Shown: positions 19,991 through 28,592, counted from the whole stretch's first letter. The stretch is 60,401 nucleotides of DNA, filler included, from 4 parts of 4 records of this genome joined end to end with filler, not necessarily neighbours in it; one strand, 5' to 3'. The notes: generated by a model not told the origin, from the sequence alone. Numbers and translations are program-made.

Positions 19991-20075
19991 GCTGATACAG
20001 CCTAATAGCTCCCTTGATCTGACTGTGTCGCGCGGAACCGCATGTCCTCCCCCGATTGCGGTTCCGCATTTTTTT
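19991..20075 (+). ncRNA. Candidate small RNA with two hairpins carrying CU-rich (anti-SD) loops
   Basis: GATACAG/CTGTGTC stem with GCTCCCTT in the loop; GCGGAACCGCA/TGCGGTTCCGC stem with a GTCCTCCCCC loop and U-tail; located after the lepA terminator. Confidence 0.55.
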
Positions 20076-20175
20076 GGGCTTCTGAAAACCTCCTCACCAA
20101 TTGCATCAACCTTGCACAAAGCGGCAAGATGCATTTCAATGGCATTCTGTTATTTGGGAAGGGTTTAGGGCGCAG

Positions 20176-21096
20176 ATGATGTTGCAGACATTCCACGTTA
20201 CAACTATGCGGGCGGTGAAGACGGGACTAGGCGTCGCGCTGATGATGTTTGTGACGGTCGGCCTGTTATCTGGCCGCGTCAGCGCGCAAGGTATACTCTC
20301 GCTGGAGCAGGACCCGAGGCAAATGGCGCTTGATGTATTCTCTGGTGTAAACCGGGGATCGCCGCCGGAGACGATTGCCCTCAAAATCACGCAGCTTATC
20401 AACGCTTACCGTTTTCGTTGCACGCGGGCGACGGACTATCAGGTTTTTGCGGCACGCCCCAACCTTATCGACATCAAGGTGAAGTGTAGTGGCGAACCGC
20501 TCTACGGAGTTACCGTCGCTTCCAATGGATATGTGGCGGTGTATGGCGGTAACGGTATGGTCTCGCCGCTGGATCGTCGCGACGCACTGATCTTCAGCTT
20601 CGCGGCTGACGGAAGGGTCGAATCCGATTCGCGCATCACAGCCGGTGACGCGTTCGACGAGACCGTGGAACGCCTTGAACTCGGTGACCAATATAACATG
20701 ATGTATGTACTGGCCATGTTTGCCACCCTTCTGGCGGTGGTCAGTGCCATTGCCCTCGTGTGGTTGAAGATGTGGCGGCACCGCAAAGGCAAGCGGCGAC
20801 AACACCGAGGCATGAAACCGATGGTAAAACACGCTGTTGCGGCCTCGTCGGTGATAAAAGACCAGCTTCTTCAGGAAAGCACACAGGTCAGCAAAAAGCT
20901 CTTCAAGCACCCATCCGGCATTTTGATCGCGCGCGGCAAGCACGGCAAACGGCGTTTCTTTAAATCGCGTTTCTGGGCAACAGCCTATACCTTGCTTGGG
21001 TGGCGAATGTTTGAGGCTGCGGCACCTGATCCTATTGAAATGCCTGAGTTTGAGGCGCCCAAGCCAGAGACGATCGAGGAACTTGCCAACCTCTAG
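20176..21096 (+). CDS. Hypothetical membrane-anchored protein
   Basis: N-terminal hydrophobic signal, soluble domain with two Cys, one TM, basic tail; start uncertain. Confidence 0.7.
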   Translation: MMLQTFHVTTMRAVKTGLGVALMMFVTVGLLSGRVSAQGILSLEQDPRQMALDVFSGVNRGSPPETIALKITQLINAYRFRCTRATDYQVFAARPNLIDIKVKCSGEPLYGVTVASNGYVAVYGGNGMVSPLDRRDALIFSFAADGRVESDSRITAGDAFDETVERLELGDQYNMMYVLAMFATLLAVVSAIALVWLKMWRHRKGKRRQHRGMKPMVKHAVAASSVIKDQLLQESTQVSKKLFKHPSGILIARGKHGKRRFFKSRFWATAYTLLGWRMFEAAAPDPIEMPEFEAPKPETIEELANL

Positions 21097-21097
21097 G

Positions 21098-21310
21098 TTA
21101 GCGCTGGAACGGTGGTTTCCAGTCAATGCCGGTGAGCAGCACAAACAGATGTGCAGCAAAAACCAGCACGCCGACAATGGCGATAAACTGGATATAAAAT
21201 GGCGGGATGATGGGCACCACACCCGTTTGATGCCGCTTTTCTTTTATAAAGCCGAATACCCATATGAGGATGCAGGCAACGAGCCCGGCAATCGTACTTT
21301 CAAGCGACAT
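21098..21310 (-). CDS. Small hypothetical 2-TM membrane protein
   Basis: 70 aa, two hydrophobic segments, starts 9 nt after the EAL gene stop. Confidence 0.7.
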   Translation of the reverse strand: MSLESTIAGLVACILIWVFGFIKEKRHQTGVVPIIPPFYIQFIAIVGVLVFAAHLFVLLTGIDWKPPFQR

Positions 21311-21319
21311 GGTTGCAGC

Positions 21320-22933
21320 CTAGTTGGTTTTTGGAGAAAAGTCCGGTTTGCCGAAGTGGAAACCCTGCGCAAAATCGACACCAAGAGAACGCAGGAAATC
21401 CGCCTGGAAGCGATTTTCCACATGTTCACCAATGGTCTTGATGCGCAGGTCAGCACAAAGGCGCACTATCGATAGCAAGAACGTGGGCCGATATCCGGGG
21501 TTGTTCATATCCCGCACATACTGGCCATCGATTTTTACATAATCCACGTTGAAGGCACGCAGATATTGGTAACCGGCGGCGCCAGCGCCAAAATCGTCAA
21601 GGCAAATGCGGTAATCGAGCGCCTTAAGGTCGCTGAACACAGCCTCGGCTTTTTCAAGCTTGGTAATGGCGGCCGTTTCCGTCAGCTCCAGAAGTATGGA
21701 GCGCGAGACATCCTTCGCGTTCTTGAATACGTCCATCAGGGAGCTGAGGTAACGCTCGCTCTCAATCGTGCGGCCTGAAAGGTTGACAGCAAGCGTCAGC
21801 GGCGTGCCCAGTTTTTTCATCTTGCGCACATAATCAATCGCCTTCTTGCTGGTGGCGATATCAAATTCTTCAATGATACCTACATCTTCCGCAAACTTGA
21901 TCACCTCAAGCGGGGTGCTGCTGCCCATACGGTCATCAAAGCGGCTTAACACCTCATTGTGGTGTATATCGCCGTTTGAAAGCGACACCACCGGCTGGAA
22001 CGCAATGTTGAAGCTGCCGGTCTCGATCATATTGTGCATTTGCACCACACGCTTCTGCGCGTCACCGGCCATGGTTTCATAGGCTGAGGAAAGTGTCTTG
22101 AAATCCACCTTGCCGGGGTCTTTGCAGAACTGGTTCAGCACATAAGAAAGCGTGCGCAAGATCTGGTCTTCAGCCACATCTGCAGTGTCTGATGCGAGCG
22201 TTGAATAAGCCGCCTTCAGCTTTACATTCTCGTCCACATTGCCGAGCGATTCTTCAAGTTGTTTGCCGTCGCCTTTGGCACGGTGCAGGAAGGCAAAGTG
22301 CCGGTCGTCGATCTGGCCTGCGATCTCACCGTCCACAGACAATGTTTTCATATGAGCCGCCACGCGGGAGAGCAACTTGTGCATATATTTGGGGCCGAAG
22401 CGCTCTTTGGCTTCTTCAATACCGTCCACCTCGATGGCGGTCATATAAAGGTTACTGCCCGCCGGGTTCTCTTTCATGGTGCGGGACGCCAGCTCCATAA
22501 AGCTGTCTCGGTTCAGGAGGCCCGTTTCAGGATCAGTGTTCTGTTCCGTGCTGCCGCCAGTGCCAAGAGGGGCCGCGCGAAGGGCCAGGAAAACACGACC
22601 TTCGGCACCTGGCATTCGCAGGGCAAAAAGCCGGAGCGCAATACCGCGACCGCCGCCAGTTGAAAAACGTACAGGAATGGGGCCAATGCGCCCCTTGTGC
22701 TCAAGGTGCATCAAAAGTGCCGAGAAAACATCCCGGTCGTCTTCGTCAATCAGCTTGAGGATATCTTCGCCAACTAGGCTTTTGCCTGGCTCGGTGCCGA
22801 TACGGTCTGCGGCGCCGCCCTCAAACACGATGGTGCCTTTACCGTCAATTTCAAAAAAAAGCTCGGCTGCTGCGAAGGCGAATGCCACGAAACGCTCACG
22901 CTCTTTTTTAATTTCGTCCACTGATGCTGACAT
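21320..22933 (-). CDS. c-di-GMP phosphodiesterase: PAS-like, degenerate GGDEF, EAL
   Basis: DPETGLLNR then IDDRH in place of GGDEF; EVLSRF, DDFGAG, KIDG, EHVE, QGFHF; ATG 22933 has an RBS. Confidence 0.9.
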   Translation of the reverse strand: MSASVDEIKKERERFVAFAFAAAELFFEIDGKGTIVFEGGAADRIGTEPGKSLVGEDILKLIDEDDRDVFSALLMHLEHKGRIGPIPVRFSTGGGRGIALRLFALRMPGAEGRVFLALRAAPLGTGGSTEQNTDPETGLLNRDSFMELASRTMKENPAGSNLYMTAIEVDGIEEAKERFGPKYMHKLLSRVAAHMKTLSVDGEIAGQIDDRHFAFLHRAKGDGKQLEESLGNVDENVKLKAAYSTLASDTADVAEDQILRTLSYVLNQFCKDPGKVDFKTLSSAYETMAGDAQKRVVQMHNMIETGSFNIAFQPVVSLSNGDIHHNEVLSRFDDRMGSSTPLEVIKFAEDVGIIEEFDIATSKKAIDYVRKMKKLGTPLTLAVNLSGRTIESERYLSSLMDVFKNAKDVSRSILLELTETAAITKLEKAEAVFSDLKALDYRICLDDFGAGAAGYQYLRAFNVDYVKIDGQYVRDMNNPGYRPTFLLSIVRLCADLRIKTIGEHVENRFQADFLRSLGVDFAQGFHFGKPDFSPKTN

Positions 22934-23178
22934 AAGTTCCCTGTCTGGCCCCCGGTGGGTGCGCCCGTTATGCAAGGGCTTTCGGGCGTCAATGCTGCAC
23001 CCACAGAAATCTGCTTCCTCAACCTATAAAACCCGCATCGCCTGAACACCATCATTAATCCGAATTCGTAAACAATTTCTGCATAGTTTAGGTCTTTTTG
23101 CATAGGGTTTGAAAAGCGGCCCGGCTCTGCTAGTCTCCCGTCACCACAGTGGGGTGGATTGAATAAAAGGGAACGCTC

Positions 23179-25257
23179 ATGAAGATGAGGATTATTTGCG
23201 CAGCCGCTATGCTTGCAGCAGGCGGTGGGCATGCGCTCGCTGATGAAGGCGACAAAAAGTCATTCGATTACACAGATATCTTCAACCTTGAATATGCCAC
23301 CGGTGCGCGGCTGACGCCCGACGGCAAATCGGTTGTTTATGAGCGCCGCTCAATGGATATCATGACCGATAGCTCTCGCACCAATATTTGGCAGGTGGGG
23401 CTGGACGGAAGCGGCCATAAACCGGTGCTTTCCGGGAAAGACAGTTACCGGATGCCGCGCTTCTCGCCGGACGGCAGCCGTATGGCATACGTGTCTGCCG
23501 TTGAGGGCAAGTCGCAGGTTTATGTGCGCTGGCTTGAAAGCGGTGATACCGCGCGGGTAACGGACCTTCAGTTCAGCCCCGGTGCGCTTGCATGGTCACC
23601 AGACGGCAAGATGATTGCCTTCACCATGTTTGTACCAACAAGCGCCAAACCACTTTTCAACCTGCCAGCCAAACCGAAGGGCGCTTCATGGGCAGGCCCG
23701 GCCAAGGTTGTTGATCAGGTAACCTACCGGGCGGACGGCGCGGGCTATTTGCCGCGCGGCTTCACCCACGTGTTTGTAGTGCCTGCAGACGGCGGCACAC
23801 CACGCCAGATTACCTCGGGCGAGTTTCACCATAATGGGCCGCTTAGCTGGTCAGCCGATGGTTCCGCCCTTTTTGTATCCGCGAACCGCAATGAAGATTG
23901 GCAGCTCAACCCGTTTGGCACGGAAATCTACCGCGTGAATGTGGCAGACGGTGCCTACACGGCGCTTACGGACCGGGATGGCCCGGACGCAGCGCCTGAA
24001 CTGTCGCCGGACGGCAAGCGCATCGCGTACCTCGGGTTTGACGACACAAAAATGTCGAACCAGATCAACCGCCTGAATGTGATGAACACAGACGGTAGCG
24101 GCAAATCTGTCGTCACGGCTGAGCTTGACCGCAGCATCAACGGCTTCCAGTGGGCACCGGACGGTAAGGGCCTTTATTATAGCTATGACGACCAGGGCAA
24201 AACGCTGGTGGCTTATGCCACGCTTTCGGGCGGCGGGCGTGTGCTTACCGACGCGCTGGGCGGCACGACACTAGGGCGGCCATATACCTCTGGCGATTTC
24301 CGCGTGGCGGATGACGGCCGGGTGATCTTCACACTCTCTCGTCCTGACAGGCCGGCTGACCTCGCGGTGGTGAACCGCATCGGCCGTGTTGATGTGCTGA
24401 CAGACCTCAATAGCGACGTGCTGGGCCACAAGGCCATGGCAAGCGTTGAAGAGGTGAAGCTCGCGGCTTCCACCGACAGCCGGGCGCTTCAGTTCTGGCT
24501 CGCAAAACCGGCGGACTTTGACGCCAGCAAAAAATACCCGCTGATCCTTGAGATCCACGGCGGTCCGCACACAGCTTATGGCCCGCACTTCTCGGCTGAG
24601 GTGCAGATGTATGTGGCAAAAGGCTATATGGTGCTTTACGGCAACCCGCGCGGCAGCACGTCCTACGGCAATGATTTTGCCAATACCATCCACCACAATT
24701 ATCCGTCCAACGACTATGACGACCTGATGGACGCGGTGGATGAAGTGATCAAAACCGGCGCTGTGAACACAGACGAGATGTATGTCACTGGCGGCTCGGG
24801 TGGCGGTGTGCTCACCGCATGGATCGTGGGCAAAACAGACCGTTTCCGTGCGGCAGTTGTGGCAAAACCTGTGATCAACTGGGCCAGCTTTGTGCTGACC
24901 GCTGATTTCAGCCCCTTCTTCACCAAATACTGGTTCCCGGACATGCCATGGAACGCGCCTGACCATTATTGGGCACGCTCGCCCCTCAGCCTTGTGGGCA
25001 ACGTGAAAACACCAACCATGCTGCTCACCGGCGAGGTGGATTACCGCACCCCGATGTCGGAGACGGAGCAATATTACCAAGCCCTCAAGCTCCAGAAGGT
25101 GGACAGTGTGATGGTACGCATCCCCGGCTCCGGCCACGGCATTGCCGCCAAGCCAAGCAATCTGGCGCAAAAGATCGGCAACATCCTCGCGTGGTTTGAA
25201 AAACACGGGCCGGAAAAAGCGGAGAAAGCCGACGAGGGCGACGACGCTGAAGGCTAG
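23179..25257 (+). CDS. S9 family (acylaminoacyl/dipeptidyl) peptidase
   Basis: Signal peptide, SPDG beta-propeller repeats, HGGP, GGSGGG nucleophile, D and H of the triad. Confidence 0.95.
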   Translation: MKMRIICAAAMLAAGGGHALADEGDKKSFDYTDIFNLEYATGARLTPDGKSVVYERRSMDIMTDSSRTNIWQVGLDGSGHKPVLSGKDSYRMPRFSPDGSRMAYVSAVEGKSQVYVRWLESGDTARVTDLQFSPGALAWSPDGKMIAFTMFVPTSAKPLFNLPAKPKGASWAGPAKVVDQVTYRADGAGYLPRGFTHVFVVPADGGTPRQITSGEFHHNGPLSWSADGSALFVSANRNEDWQLNPFGTEIYRVNVADGAYTALTDRDGPDAAPELSPDGKRIAYLGFDDTKMSNQINRLNVMNTDGSGKSVVTAELDRSINGFQWAPDGKGLYYSYDDQGKTLVAYATLSGGGRVLTDALGGTTLGRPYTSGDFRVADDGRVIFTLSRPDRPADLAVVNRIGRVDVLTDLNSDVLGHKAMASVEEVKLAASTDSRALQFWLAKPADFDASKKYPLILEIHGGPHTAYGPHFSAEVQMYVAKGYMVLYGNPRGSTSYGNDFANTIHHNYPSNDYDDLMDAVDEVIKTGAVNTDEMYVTGGSGGGVLTAWIVGKTDRFRAAVVAKPVINWASFVLTADFSPFFTKYWFPDMPWNAPDHYWARSPLSLVGNVKTPTMLLTGEVDYRTPMSETEQYYQALKLQKVDSVMVRIPGSGHGIAAKPSNLAQKIGNILAWFEKHGPEKAEKADEGDDAEG

Positions 25258-25270
25258 AACCTAAAACACC

Positions 25271-25298
25271 AAACCCCCGGCCCTATGGTCGGGGGTTT
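25271..25298 (+). terminator. Terminator after the peptidase; left edge of the foreign islet
   Basis: AAACCCCCGGCC-CTAT-GGTCGGGGGTTT. Confidence 0.8.
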
Positions 25299-25342
25299 CT
25301 GTTTATGATGCTGACACCACTGCTGTGACGAACAAGGAAGAC

Positions 25343-25969
25343 ATGCGCCTATACCAACAATGATCCCATAAATAACACCGATCCAAGTGGGAAGTGTACT
25401 ACTGATTGGTGTGAGAAGGTGCGCGACACAATTGTTTCGACCATGAGTGATGCTTTAGGCTTGCGGGGGTCGGCCGAGACGTTTGTGAGTGATGACGGCC
25501 AGAGTGGAGATGTGCCAGGGGATGGTAGTGGGCTCTCACCTGCAACTCAGGAATCCATGAAAACTGCAGTAGTGGCAATGACCGGGAGCGCGCCTGGAGG
25601 AGCTGAGGCTATTGTGACCGGGGCCCTTCAAGGGATTGGTGCTGCCGAACGGACAGCTCAGGGGGTTAGTAAGTTAGTAGCTGCTGGTACTGAAGCGAGC
25701 ACTGCTGCTAATGTCAGTAAACTGTTAGCGCCAGTAACGTGGCGAAGGTTGAGAGATTAACGGGGACGTCGACGTCGAGAACAGCTCTCAATCAGGGCTT
25801 GAGTAGGAATGATGCCCGGGCTCGCGCTCAGGCGACAGTAGATCAGATGTTTCCTTCCCAGCTCAAAAATGCAACGAATAACGTTGGCCGAGCTACTAAT
25901 GATATACCTCCTCCCCAGCCAACGATCTGGGATAATATCGCATCACTATTTGATGGATGGGGGGGTTAA
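25343..25969 (+). pseudogene. Orphan Rhs core-end plus C-terminal toxin tip, frameshifted
   Basis: In frame upstream of ORF 25419 the sequence reads CAYTNNDPINNTDPSG (25344-25391), the Rhs core terminal motif; the reading frame shifts near 25739; ATG at 25343 is out of frame. Confidence 0.8.
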
Positions 25970-25988
25970 ACGCCTGTGGTGATTAGTC

Positions 25989-26399
25989 ATGTTAAGTTTT
26001 AAAGCAGCTTTTATGGTGCGTGTGTGGCGCTTTAAGGCACTTCGTGCTGTGTCGAGGAATGAACTGGCGAAATGTAGAGAAAACCTACTTAGGATACAGA
26101 AGCTGCGCCCTTTGATTTGCACGGAGAGTTTGTTGATTGCATATACATTTTATGCACAGGACAACCATGTGCAGTGCGCTCAATATCTTCGCCGAGCTTC
26201 AGAAGCGCTGCATCGAGCGAAGCGCCTTGGTTATGACGATAAACAACATCTTCTCCTCTATATGCACCGTATGTTGCGGGCTCTCAGAGCTAATGAGGGT
26301 GTGACAAATATTCCATTGTCCGCGGTTCAGCGATATAACCCAGAAAAGGTTAAGAGCTTCATTCGTCATACATTTGTCGTTCCGCCAACAGTTATTTAG
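25989..26399 (+). CDS. Putative cognate immunity protein of the Rhs tip
   Basis: 136-aa orphan 19 nt after the toxin-tip stop; atypical codon usage; role inferred from position. Confidence 0.55.
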   Translation: MLSFKAAFMVRVWRFKALRAVSRNELAKCRENLLRIQKLRPLICTESLLIAYTFYAQDNHVQCAQYLRRASEALHRAKRLGYDDKQHLLLYMHRMLRALRANEGVTNIPLSAVQRYNPEKVKSFIRHTFVVPPTVI

Positions 26400-26492
26400 A
26401 GCCGCCATAGGCTCTGCCTTCGCGTGAGGGATTTGCCGCACGCGGTGATGTTGGATGATAGCCGCTGAAGGAAGGCGGCATTCTGGTGCGCG

Positions 26493-26561
26493 TTATCCGA
26501 CTTTCGATAGGAAAGCGTCGATAGTGCGCATGACGGCATCCTGATCCCGCTTGGGGAGCTG
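26493..26561 (-). pseudogene. C-terminal remnant of an XRE-type regulator, cut at the left TIR
   Basis: Translates QLPKRDQDAVMRTIDAFLSKVG*, resembling the C-terminal helix of XRE HTH proteins found at Rhs loci; no 5' part. Confidence 0.6.
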
Positions 26562-26562
26562 G

Positions 26563-26580
26563 AATTCCGGGGACAGTATA
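26563..26580 (+). repeat. Left terminal inverted repeat
   Basis: AATTCCGGGGACAGTATA. Confidence 0.92.
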
Positions 26581-26586
26581 TGATTA

Positions 26587-26615
26587 TTGACGTCCCGGTC
26601 TTTGTTTCCTACTTT
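26587..26615 (+). promoter_or_regulatory. Sigma70-type promoter of the transposase (probably leaderless mRNA)
   Basis: TTGACG-N17-TACTTT; ATG 26622 falls at the expected +1, no SD. Confidence 0.65.
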
Positions 26616-26621
26616 CCTCTT

Positions 26622-27296
26622 ATGGCTCGCATAGCAAGATTAGTGGTTCCGGGGTATGCGCATCACGTAACGCAGCGTGGGGTGCGCCGTATGGCCACCT
26701 TTATGCAGGATAGCGATTATTCGGACTATCTGACCCTTGTGTCTGAGGCTTGCAAAAAAGCTGGCACCGAGGTGTGGGGATATTGCCTGATGCCGAACCA
26801 TGTTCATTTGATCATGGTGCCTTCCCATAAAGATGGCTTGCGTGCTGCGCTCGGTGAAGCGCACCGTCGTTATACTCGCATGATCAACTTCCGTGAAGGC
26901 GCGCGCGGCCATCTGTGGCAGGAGCGTTTTGCGTCTTTTGTGATGGACGGGCAACATCTGGTTGCATGCGCGCGGTATGTTGAGCTGAACCCGGTTCGGG
27001 CGGGTATGGTCAAGCGCCCAGAGGATTGGGCTTGGTCAAGCGCACGGGCGCACCTTGAGGGCAACGATGATGCGCTTGCGAAGGTTTCCCCCTTGCTAGA
27101 GGAGGTGCCGGATTGGGCAGCGTTGCTGCAGGGCGGCGTGGAGGATGCGGAAATGAAGCGCCTGCAAATGCATACCCGCACAGGCAGGCCACTTGGCGCT
27201 GATGCCTGGGTTGAACACCTGGAAAAGCAAGAGGGCAGACGCCTCGCCGCCCAACGGCCGGGTCGCCCTAAGAAGACTGTCAGTGATGATAAATAG
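26622..27296 (+). CDS. Y1/HUH tyrosine transposase (IS200/RAYT superfamily)
   Basis: HHVTQRG, YCLMPNHVHL (HUH), HLWQERF, RYVELNPVRAG (catalytic Tyr), WAWSS, C-terminal PGRPKK. Confidence 0.95.
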   Translation: MARIARLVVPGYAHHVTQRGVRRMATFMQDSDYSDYLTLVSEACKKAGTEVWGYCLMPNHVHLIMVPSHKDGLRAALGEAHRRYTRMINFREGARGHLWQERFASFVMDGQHLVACARYVELNPVRAGMVKRPEDWAWSSARAHLEGNDDALAKVSPLLEEVPDWAALLQGGVEDAEMKRLQMHTRTGRPLGADAWVEHLEKQEGRRLAAQRPGRPKKTVSDDK

Positions 27297-27314
27297 TATA
27301 CTGTCCCCGGAATT
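27297..27314 (-). repeat. Right terminal inverted repeat
   Basis: TATACTGTCCCCGGAATT, exact reverse complement of 26563-26580; abuts the transposase stop codon. Confidence 0.92.
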
Positions 27315-27376
27315 AACAAATGGTCGGGGGGTTATGTTTAATAGCTCCTGCAAAACAATTGATGGCGAAGGGCATC

Positions 27377-27928
27377 ATGAATAGATTGCTTTCCTATTTA
27401 TCAGGCCGCCTCCCACATTCGGTCTTTATAGAAGCTGACCGAGAGGCCTTTCTGCAGTCTTTGGACAGAAAGGCAGCTAGGCTGAGTAATTTGCCAGTAG
27501 GCGGTGTTGGTAATGTCGATAAGGCCTTCATATATAGCCTTAAAGGTAACGAATTGATTGCGAAGCAAAACGCGCCTCTTCTGGAGCATTTCTGGGTACT
27601 TCCAGGCTCAGCTAGGTACGTGGGTATTATCTCGGAGGATGCGGAAGGTACCAAACTTGACGGCTACTTTGAGTCTGACCACCATAACAGTCTGAACAAG
27701 GTGTTCTTCTATTCCTTCTTGCTAGTGTTGATGGTGGGCACCGTAGTGCGTATCTGGGATGAGGCAGGTATAGCGGAGATGTTAGTTGTTGCGCTATTCG
27801 CGATACTGGCGGCTTTGTTGGTTCCTGCTCTTGGCTGGATAAACCTTACCATATTTCAGAAACGCGAAATTCAAGAGGTGAAAGGGTTGTTGGGGTTTAG
27901 GGAGCTAGGCGCCGCTTCTGAAACTTAA
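27377..27928 (+). CDS. Hypothetical membrane protein, possible orphan immunity protein
   Basis: Two C-terminal TM helices; ATG 27377 overlaps the stop (27384) of a short reading-frame stub starting at the right TIR. Confidence 0.6.
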   Translation: MNRLLSYLSGRLPHSVFIEADREAFLQSLDRKAARLSNLPVGGVGNVDKAFIYSLKGNELIAKQNAPLLEHFWVLPGSARYVGIISEDAEGTKLDGYFESDHHNSLNKVFFYSFLLVLMVGTVVRIWDEAGIAEMLVVALFAILAALLVPALGWINLTIFQKREIQEVKGLLGFRELGAASET

Positions 27929-28015
27929 CGGCATAAACGCTGGATATTGCCAATATTGACGCATTAAAAACAGCCGGACGGAAAGATTGCTGAGCAGTCT
28001 CGTCCGGTCTTCGTA

Positions 28016-28043
28016 TGATCCAATTATGCCGCCCTGGCGTAAC
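28016..28043 (+). promoter_or_regulatory. ECF sigma promoter of RpoE-ChrR type
   Basis: TGATCC-N16-CGTAAC upstream of the fasciclin RBS. Confidence 0.7.
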
Positions 28044-28076
28044 AGGGGTATCCTCAAAATTAGATTGGAGACCCCC

Positions 28077-28592
28077 ATGTTGCCCACGAAGTTGTTGAAA
28101 ACCCTGTCTGTTGCAGCGGCGCTGTCTGTCTCTGCGCTCATGTCGCAAACCGTGTATGCAGACGATCACAAAGGCCATCAGGCCGATATCGTCGATACGG
28201 CTGTGAATGCTGGCAGCTTTGAAACGCTGGTTGCGGCGGTAAAGGCGGCGGGCCTTGTGGAAACCCTTAAGGGTGACGGCCCGTTTACCGTGTTCGCCCC
28301 AACGGATGAAGCTTTTGCAAAGCTGCCTGACGGTACGATTGCCACACTGCTCAAACCGGAGAACAAAGCCAAGCTTACAGCCATTCTCACCTACCATGTT
28401 GTGCCGGGCAAGGTGATGTCTGCCGATCTTGCGGGCAAGAAGCTTAGCGCGGCCACAGTGCAGGGCCAGAAAGTGCAAATCGATGCCACGCATGGCGGTG
28501 TGATGGTGGATGGCGCCAAGGTGCTGACGGCTGATATCACGACCAAAAATGGCGTGATTCACGTGATTGACACAGTGATCATGCCTGAATGA
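28077..28592 (+). CDS. Secreted fasciclin (FAS1) domain protein
   Basis: GGAG RBS, signal peptide, [27 protein letters not shown]. Confidence 0.95.
   Translation: MLPTKLLKTLSVAAALSVSALMSQTVYADDHKGHQADIVDTAVNAGSFETLVAAVKAAGLVETLKGDGPFTVFAPTDEAFAKLPDGTIATLLKPENKAKLTAILTYHVVPGKVMSADLAGKKLSAATVQGQKVQIDATHGGVMVDGAKVLTADITTKNGVIHVIDTVIMPE

Larger units (their letters stand above)
26563..27314. mobile_element. 752-bp TIR-flanked HUH/Y1 (RAYT-like) transposase element
   Basis: Perfect 18-bp inverted repeats tightly bracketing a single Y1 transposase gene. Confidence 0.85.

Noticed and set aside
20266-25206. Long minus-strand ORFs 20266-21222 and 24271-25206
   Set aside because: Overlap better-supported genes on the opposite strand; no recognisable protein features
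25755-25778. CGGGGAC plus GACGTCGACGTC near the toxin frameshift as a third TIR copy
   Set aside because: Only 7 nt match the TIR core; compatible with chance
26400-27400. REP/REPIN arrays or tnpB/guide RNA beside the Y1 transposase
   Set aside because: No GTAG- or CGTC-tagged repeated hairpins and no tnpB seen; only the TIR pair
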